Below, piece after piece: positions 58,763-64,000 of a stretch of 64,000 nt of DNA. The notes below the pieces were generated by a model. It had not been told where the DNA came from and did not search any database. It saw only the letters and a list, made by a program, of their open reading frames with translations. The position numbers and the translations under genes are program-made. This DNA comes from Pseudomonadales bacterium. GTDB lineage: Bacteria; Pseudomonadota; Gammaproteobacteria; Pseudomonadales; Azotimanducaceae. The stretch spans positions 372,508 to 436,507 of the forward strand of contig OZ241339.1 in NCBI GenBank assembly GCA_965200235.1, in the 5' to 3' direction. The stretch's first letter is position 1. Every line of letters starts with the position of its first letter.

Positions 58763-59437
58763 TCAGCCAGCGAGGAATTCTTCGATCTGATCGGCCATAT
58801 TGCCGCAGGCGTTTGCCTGCACGCGCGCGATCATCGGCACTGGCACGATGATCGCTGGCATGAACGAGGTGCCGGAGGCTTGCGAGCTGATCTTGCCGAC
58901 GGCGGCGTTCTGCTGCACGTCCCAGATCGAGGCTTCGTAATTGGAAGACCGCTCCCAACTGACGAAGCCGAAGCAGCCCGCGGCGCCGGGCGTGGCGGCG
59001 CAGGTCATGCCGCCGCTCGATCCGGTGTTCTCGGTCGTGCCTTCAATCCACACGATGTAGCGTACGCCAAGCCCTTCGATTCGGTCTTTGAGCAGCGGCT
59101 CGTCGATCTGCGCACTAAATTCGCGCATCTCGCGTGGGGCGAAGCGCGGCTCGAACCACGGGAAAGTGCGGTCCTTGAAGTGTTCTTGAGAGATGACTTG
59201 GAACGGGGTTTTCGAGCTGCCGAGCGAGCGGCCAACACAGTCGATGTACTCGATTTCGGTTTCGTGGCCAGCGGTTTGCAGGTTCTTGCCGAGCACCACC
59301 ACCGCGTCTTGTCCGCCGATGCCGGTGCTGCCTTCCCGCAGCACTTGAACGCTTGAGTTGACGCAGCCGCCGAGAAGAATTGTCAATAAGACGGCGCAGA
59401 GCAGAGGGCGCATCGCGATGCTCAAAAAAGTTTGCAT
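58763..59437 (-). CDS. putative lipoprotein
   Basis: 224-aa ORF with signal peptide and lipobox LTILLGGC. It is the last gene of the minus-strand MotA-vWA cluster. No family recognised. Confidence 0.45.
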   Translation of the reverse strand: MQTFLSIAMRPLLCAVLLTILLGGCVNSSVQVLREGSTGIGGQDAVVVLGKNLQTAGHETEIEYIDCVGRSLGSSKTPFQVISQEHFKDRTFPWFEPRFAPREMREFSAQIDEPLLKDRIEGLGVRYIVWIEGTTENTGSSGGMTCAATPGAAGCFGFVSWERSSNYEASIWDVQQNAAVGKISSQASGTSFMPAIIVPVPMIARVQANACGNMADQIEEFLAG

Positions 59438-59443
59438 CAGATA

Positions 59444-60076
59444 TTACCCGCTTTCCTCCAAGCGTTGCTGTAGCCAGGTTTGAATGCCCGGCTGCGAAGG
59501 AAGTTGGCGTGCGATCAGCGCTGAGGCGTCGCGCAGCGCCGTTCGTGTGGCGGCGGCGAGCGCGGCGCCCGATTCGGAACTGCCGAGCACCCGGAAATTG
59601 CGTGTGTCGGAGCGCCCGTAGGCGGAGACGGTCCAGTTGAGCACTTCGTGACCCTGCGGCTCGAGCAGCTCGATGCGATAGACGATGCGCACCTCGAAGA
59701 ACTCGGTTTGCGTTTGCTGCGGGATGCTGAGCTCTGATCTGACAACGCTCGCTTTGAGCACGAGACCCGCATCGAGCGCCGCTTCGCCCATGCCGCTGAT
59801 GTTTGATGCGGTGGTGAACAGCGCGCGCGTCGTCTGTTCGAGCATGCGCTGCTGATCTTGCCCGAAGCTGACGCGCCAATCGCCGTAGCCCTCGATCGTT
59901 TCCTCGTGTACGTAGCTCTGGAACGCAGCGTCGGTCAACAGCCCGATATGAACCGGCAGCGGCTGCACGAGCGGCAGCGGATAGCTGCCCTGCATCTCCA
60001 CCTGCGCCCCGCTGCAGCCCGCAAGCAGCAACGCCAACAAGAATCTCGCCCGAAAAAGGGACACACACCACCTCAT
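59444..60076 (-). CDS. putative lipoprotein
   Basis: Start chosen at ATG 60076 (MRWCVSLFRARFLLALLLAGCSG, lipobox LLAGC). The longer track ORF (to 60238) runs through the 12-mer repeat array and is probably spurious. Confidence 0.45.
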   Translation of the reverse strand: MRWCVSLFRARFLLALLLAGCSGAQVEMQGSYPLPLVQPLPVHIGLLTDAAFQSYVHEETIEGYGDWRVSFGQDQQRMLEQTTRALFTTASNISGMGEAALDAGLVLKASVVRSELSIPQQTQTEFFEVRIVYRIELLEPQGHEVLNWTVSAYGRSDTRNFRVLGSSESGAALAAATRTALRDASALIARQLPSQPGIQTWLQQRLEESG

Positions 60077-60231
60077 GCCGCGCAGTCTACCGAAAAACCG
60101 AAAAAGGGACACACACCGAAAGGGGACACACACCGTCAAAAGGGACACACACCGTCGCGCCGCCGAACACCGAAAAGGGACACACACTGCCGAACGGAGC
60201 GCATGGAAGGGGAAGCAGAAGGGGACACACC
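60058..60231 (+). repeat. array of six copies of GGGACACACAC(C) with irregular 8-35-nt spacing
   Basis: Copies at 60058, 60106, 60123, 60142, 60177 and 60222 (the last is GGGACACACCT), most preceded by an A-run. The array lies between the vWA gene stop (60254) and the lipoprotein gene start. Confidence 0.85.
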
Positions 60232-60253
60232 TCCCCAAACGCGGTGCGTGCGT

Positions 60254-61270
60254 CTATTGAAGTTCGGCGGCACCGACAAATGCGCCGAGATTGCGGTGGG
60301 TGAGCTCGCGCATGAGGGCAGCGAATCGATAGGCCCTCCCGCGCAATTCTGGCGGCGCATTCGGCTCGAACCCGACAGGGAATCCGACAGCGTGAATGCG
60401 CACGCGCCGCCTTCCAGTGACTTGGCTCGTTCGGTTGGCTCTATCGACGGCGTCCACAACGCTTTGGATGGTATTGCCCTGTTGAAAATCGTCGCCGAAG
60501 ACGTAGATCGAAATCTCAAGGCTTGGATCATAGTAGGCCGAAATCGCGCGCTGGATGCCTTCGACGGGACTTGAGTTGGAAAACGGATTCCATGACGCAA
60601 GGCGGTCGACAATCTGCCTGCGCACAGTTGGCGAGTCCGGCATCCAGCGTCCGGCGAAGCTGCGAAACATGTAGTCACCCATGTCATTCATCACTTGAAT
60701 GCCTTTGACTTCCGGGTAGATGGCGAGCACTTCGCCGACTTTGCGCCGCACGCCTTCCCAAGCGTAGCTGAACATGCTGCCAGATGTATCGATGACAAAG
60801 ATGATGTACTCGCTGTCGGCGGTGATGCCGCCGATGGCGTTCTCGCCGCTGACACCGGCGGTCGCTTGCAGCGCCAGCATTTGCTCGGTGAGCGATTGGC
60901 GTGCGCTCGATAGGCCGCGTGCGCGCTCGCTGAGCAGATATTCTTGTTCTTCGGATTGCTTGATTTCCTGTTCGATTCGCGCCATGCGCGTGCGCAAGGA
61001 TTGGATTGTCTTGGCGGCCTCGTCGAGTTCGACCTGCTTGTCGGACAAGGCGAGCTTTGCGCGGTCGGATTCATCGCGCGAGTCAAGCAGGGCGTCGCGC
61101 ATCACTGCGATACGCGCTTCTAGGTCTTCGAGCGACTTGTCATAAAGCGCTGGCTCTGATGTTTCCGTGACCATGAGCAACAGCAGCAATCCGCCGAAGC
61201 CGCAGCAGATCATGGCTAGAAACGGCATGCCGAAGTCTTCGTTGTCGCTGTCGCGGCGGCGCTTGATCAT
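60254..61270 (-). CDS. TM - coiled-coil - von Willebrand factor A domain protein
   Basis: 338-aa ORF. N-terminal TM helix (MPFLAMICCGFGGLLLLLMV), a long heptad-like segment (LEDLEARIAVMRDALL...RMARIEQEIKQSEEQ), then vWA with the MIDAS motif FVIDTSGSM. Confidence 0.65.
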   Translation of the reverse strand: MIKRRRDSDNEDFGMPFLAMICCGFGGLLLLLMVTETSEPALYDKSLEDLEARIAVMRDALLDSRDESDRAKLALSDKQVELDEAAKTIQSLRTRMARIEQEIKQSEEQEYLLSERARGLSSARQSLTEQMLALQATAGVSGENAIGGITADSEYIIFVIDTSGSMFSYAWEGVRRKVGEVLAIYPEVKGIQVMNDMGDYMFRSFAGRWMPDSPTVRRQIVDRLASWNPFSNSSPVEGIQRAISAYYDPSLEISIYVFGDDFQQGNTIQSVVDAVDRANRTSQVTGRRRVRIHAVGFPVGFEPNAPPELRGRAYRFAALMRELTHRNLGAFVGAAELQ

Positions 61271-61284
61271 GCGGGCGACTGTTC

Positions 61285-62355
61285 CTACGGCCAGTCCGAG
61301 GATGGAGATAGAAAGGAGCCGCCCGTTGAGCGCGCAAGCTCCCAGTAGGCGCCCGCAGCCGCATTGTCGCCTTCCAGCGGCAGCAGGATGACGTTGAAGA
61401 TAATCCCCGGCGTGACGAGATTGACGGCATCGAAGAACAGGCGCAAGCGATCTTGCGCTGAGATGGTGTTACTGCGCGGCGTCCGGCGGCCGATCGTCGG
61501 CAAGCCATCAGTGACTAGGAACACGCGATCAGGCCGCGGCGCAAGCGTACCCAGCGTATCGATCAGCGCCGCGAGGTTCGTTCCGCCTTCAGGCGTCACC
61601 TCATCAAGCGCGTCAAAGGCGCGCTGAAGATGATCGCCGGTGGCGCTTGGTCGCCATGTTGTCTGTCCCAATACCGAGCGAGCTTTTTCGTTGAACACGA
61701 TGAGCTCGAACTGGCTGTTGATTGGCAGTGACGCGGCAATCCAGTTGGCGGTGCGAAGGGTGCGCAGCCATTTTTCGGATGCGCGCCGCTCATCCGCAGG
61801 GAGGTTGCGGCGGCGTATGGCATTGACCAAGGTCTCGTCGAGCATGCTTGCCGAGGCGTCAATGGCAACCACGATGTGACTGCCGTCCATGCGCATGCCG
61901 GAGAGATACTGGCGGCTGCCTTCGCCTTCGAGTTCTCGTAGTGATGTGCCGCCGCCGTCCTCGCCTTCGGCTTCCAAGACCTCGACTTGTGCCTTTTGTG
62001 CGTCTACTTGGCGCGCCAAGGTGTCGATGCGGGTTTTTTCGTTGCTCAAACCCGAGCGTTTGAACTTCAGCAGCGCCTCGTCTGCCTCCACCTGCTCGCG
62101 AAGTCGCGCTTCGTTTTGACGCGCCTCAAACAGCTTGCGTTCTATTTCGCTGATGGTCGCCTGTATCTCGTCAAGATCAATGTCCTTTTCCTCGTAGAGA
62201 AAATCGAGGCGCCGCATTTCTGCGAGCAGGAGTTCGTCGCTTTCGCGGTCTTGTGGAATGTTCAAGATGAAGAATACAAGTGCGACAGCAGCAAAGCCAC
62301 ACGAAATCACGTCTAAGAAGGACATGGAGAAGGTGGTGAGCTTTCTACGCGCCAT
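61285..62355 (-). CDS. TM - coiled-coil - von Willebrand factor A domain protein (paralog of 60254-61270)
   Basis: Start chosen at ATG 62355 (MARRKLTTFSMSFLDVISCGFAAVALVFFIL). It has a coiled coil and a vWA domain with MIDAS VAIDASASM. The TM helix contains an Asp, as in ExbD/TolR/MotB-type stator partners. Confidence 0.65.
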   Translation of the reverse strand: MARRKLTTFSMSFLDVISCGFAAVALVFFILNIPQDRESDELLLAEMRRLDFLYEEKDIDLDEIQATISEIERKLFEARQNEARLREQVEADEALLKFKRSGLSNEKTRIDTLARQVDAQKAQVEVLEAEGEDGGGTSLRELEGEGSRQYLSGMRMDGSHIVVAIDASASMLDETLVNAIRRRNLPADERRASEKWLRTLRTANWIAASLPINSQFELIVFNEKARSVLGQTTWRPSATGDHLQRAFDALDEVTPEGGTNLAALIDTLGTLAPRPDRVFLVTDGLPTIGRRTPRSNTISAQDRLRLFFDAVNLVTPGIIFNVILLPLEGDNAAAGAYWELARSTGGSFLSPSSDWP

Positions 62356-63688
62356 GCTCTGAGACGCGGATGGCGAGGACGGTGTGTGTCCCAATTGTCG
62401 CTGTGCTGCCAGCGGTGAGGCGATGTATGCGCCGACCCTGATGGGAAATCTCAAGGGCTTTCGTCACAGGCGCGATCGAAAAGGTATTCGCTGGCAACGC
62501 ACGCACGGCCGTCGCAAGGTCAACCTTGGTGAAGATCGGCGTTGCAACGCCTTGATACACGATGTGCGTCGGCGCAGGTTCAGGTGGGGGCATGGCGGTG
62601 TGTGTCCCATTCTGTACCGTGTGTGTCCCATTCTGCTCGTCGGTGTGTGTCCCCTCGGTCGCGGTGTGTGTCCCAAATGACGCTGTCCCGCTCGAGGTGA
62701 GCGAGGTCACAAACTGCACGCCATCGCCGTCGCATACACCGAAGTGCTGTGTATTCGCCAAGATGCCTTGAATGTGCGCATCGCCCGCGAGTGCGTGGCA
62801 GTCACCGATGTCGAGTGATCGCAGGGCGCCCATCAGTCCGGGGATGCGCGCCGCCCGCTGCGTGACCGCGAACTGCGTGCGAGAGGCGCTGCCGCATGCC
62901 GCAGCGATAGCGCTCGCGAGCTTTGTCGCGGTTTGCTCAAGTTCGCGGACATCAAAACTCACATGCCAGTTGCCAGTTTGGTGTTTGACTTCGAGGTGCA
63001 GTCCATTGCTCTGCGTTTCGATTTTGCCGCTCACCCAGTCGTAGAGCCTTGACCATAATTGCTGCTCAGTGTCGGCGATGCGCAATGGGTCGAACCGGGT
63101 CTCGCGCACGAACTCATCGGCAACGCGCGCAAGCCACGCATCGAGCAGTGGCAAGAGGCCGCCCTCAGGCATGGACTCCACGACATCGCGCACGATTTCG
63201 TCGTGCTGCCGTACAAGTCGCGTCAACGAAATCTGCTGGAGCGTGACATCAAGCACCCAATCCGCGGAGTCGGCCGCACCCGCCGCAACGCTTGCATCGA
63301 CAAATGCCAAGGGTGTCACCGAGGTTTCCTCCACGATGCCAAGTAGCAGAGCGAGCTGATCCTTGCTGTAGTGGCTTGGCACAGCAAAGACCGCGCTCGC
63401 GCCTTGAGCGCTGCTCTTTTCAATCAGTTGCTCAAGTTGATTGAAGACCAAATCGGCGCTTGATCGCACATTCTTGTGACGCGAGCGTAGTGGCGATGCG
63501 TCGAGCCGATGCCAATAGCTGTCGTGGGCGGCGAGCGGCGAGCGTCTGTGCTCGCGCAGCGCTTGCTCGCCAAAAATCAACACCTTGGGCTCCACGAGCG
63601 CGAACCCTGGCATCTGCACTTCACTGGTTTTACCAGAGTATGCCGAGAGCTCCCAGTCGTTGAGGTCGAACACCTTCAAGGGTGTCAT
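62345..63688 (-). CDS. hypothetical protein, possibly degenerate actin/Hsp70-fold ATPase, with C-terminal GTHT repeats
   Basis: 447-aa ORF. AVFAVPSHYSKDQLALLLGIVEETSVTPLAFVDASVAAGAA resembles the Hsp70/actin 'ITVPAYF...INEPTAAA' segment. The C-terminal region holds 5 GTHT peptides encoded by the 12-mer GGGACACACACC. There is an ATGA overlap with the MotA-like gene. Confidence 0.35.
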   Translation of the reverse strand: MTPLKVFDLNDWELSAYSGKTSEVQMPGFALVEPKVLIFGEQALREHRRSPLAAHDSYWHRLDASPLRSRHKNVRSSADLVFNQLEQLIEKSSAQGASAVFAVPSHYSKDQLALLLGIVEETSVTPLAFVDASVAAGAADSADWVLDVTLQQISLTRLVRQHDEIVRDVVESMPEGGLLPLLDAWLARVADEFVRETRFDPLRIADTEQQLWSRLYDWVSGKIETQSNGLHLEVKHQTGNWHVSFDVRELEQTATKLASAIAAACGSASRTQFAVTQRAARIPGLMGALRSLDIGDCHALAGDAHIQGILANTQHFGVCDGDGVQFVTSLTSSGTASFGTHTATEGTHTDEQNGTHTVQNGTHTAMPPPEPAPTHIVYQGVATPIFTKVDLATAVRALPANTFSIAPVTKALEISHQGRRIHRLTAGSTATIGTHTVLAIRVSEHGA

Positions 63689-64000
63689 TCTCGTACCGTC
63701 ATATGCCGAATGAGTTGCTCGTCACAGTAGCGCTGTGCATCGAGCACGAGGCGCTCCTGCACGAGTTGAAGCTGATAGACAAAGAACATCACGAGGATGC
63801 TAATTAGAAGGGCGATGAACGTGGAATTGAACGCGACGCCGAGGGAAGCGGTGACGCCAGAGATGTCCCCTTTTTGGACAACCTCGTCAACACGCCCCAA
63901 AGCTTGGCCGATGCCGCGCACCGTGCCAATGAACCCGATCGACGGAATCGCCCAGGCGATATAGCGCACCATCGCCAGCTCGCTGTCGAGTCGCTCGGCT
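63685..64000 (-). CDS. MotA/TolQ/ExbB proton-channel family protein (C-terminal part; 5' end beyond window)
   Basis: AIPSIGFIGTVRGIGQALG ... GVAFNSTFIALLISILVMFFVYQL matches the conserved last two TM helices of MotA/ExbB/TolQ. The reading frame stays open upstream of the ATG at 63972 to the window edge. Confidence 0.7.
   Translation of the reverse strand, partial: AERLDSELAMVRYIAWAIPSIGFIGTVRGIGQALGRVDEVVQKGDISGVTASLGVAFNSTFIALLISILVMFFVYQLQLVQERLVLDAQRYCDEQLIRHMTVRE

Noticed and set aside
60058-60231. Possible CRISPR array
   Set aside because: The repeats are only 11-12 bp with irregular 8-35-nt spacing. There are no cas genes, and the same word occurs in inverted orientation inside a coding region.
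59858-60574. 238-aa plus-strand ORF, and the 60077-60238 extension of the minus-strand lipoprotein ORF, both rich in KGHTP/CVPF repeats
   Set aside because: The repeated peptides are simply translations of the GGGACACACACC array in different frames. The ORFs overlap better-supported minus-strand genes.

Overview
GC-rich proteobacterial-type chromosomal window, roughly 60-65% GC by eye, with clearly AT-richer accessory segments. No rRNA, tRNA or CRISPR array was recognised.

Gene content, left to right:
(1) 1-5352: housekeeping or poorly characterised genes. These are an FG-GAP-like fragment, a membrane protein plus lipoprotein pair, a nitronate monooxygenase and an atypical CoA-transferase.
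(2) 5349-16527: a three-gene helicase/nuclease cassette. It holds a 1711-aa DEDD-exonuclease + RecQ + UvrD triple fusion, an AddB-like PD-(D/E)XK protein and an AddA-like UvrD-nuclease.
(3) 16.5-25.2 kb: an AT-richer accessory island. It carries a translationally coupled ubiquitin-like conjugation cassette (tandem beta-grasp protein, UBC-like E2, JAB-E1 fusion), then a tnpB-only IS element, an AAA/ABC-type ATPase, a MITE, a PIN-like protein and a large gamma-class N6-adenine methyltransferase that may be a type IIG R-M enzyme.
(4) 25.2-28.1 kb: core genes (GspN-like ORF, dapE, dapD).
(5) 28.3-32.2 kb: a mobile-element cluster with one IS5-family IS, three MITE families inserted at CTAG sites, an Rpn-family nuclease gene and a decayed copy of it.
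(6) 32434-56262: a 7942-aa giant autotransporter with dozens of Calx-beta-like repeats. A G14 homopolymer lies upstream and a fourth MITE lies downstream.
(7) 56.7-58.7 kb: hppA.
(8) 58.8 kb to the window end: a minus-strand operon of MotA/ExbB-like, actin/Hsp70-like, two TM-coiled-coil-vWA proteins and two lipoproteins. Two inverted clusters of an unusual 12-mer bracket the vWA genes.

Best candidates for undescribed biology:
- The Ubl-E2-JAB/E1 cassette. Removing the IS in silico rejoins it to the ATPase gene by an 8-nt overlap, so it may originally have been a five-gene system with the ATPase and PIN genes.
- The neighbouring helicase/nuclease trio.
- The MotA-vWA operon.

All family names come from motif recognition by eye, not from database searches.
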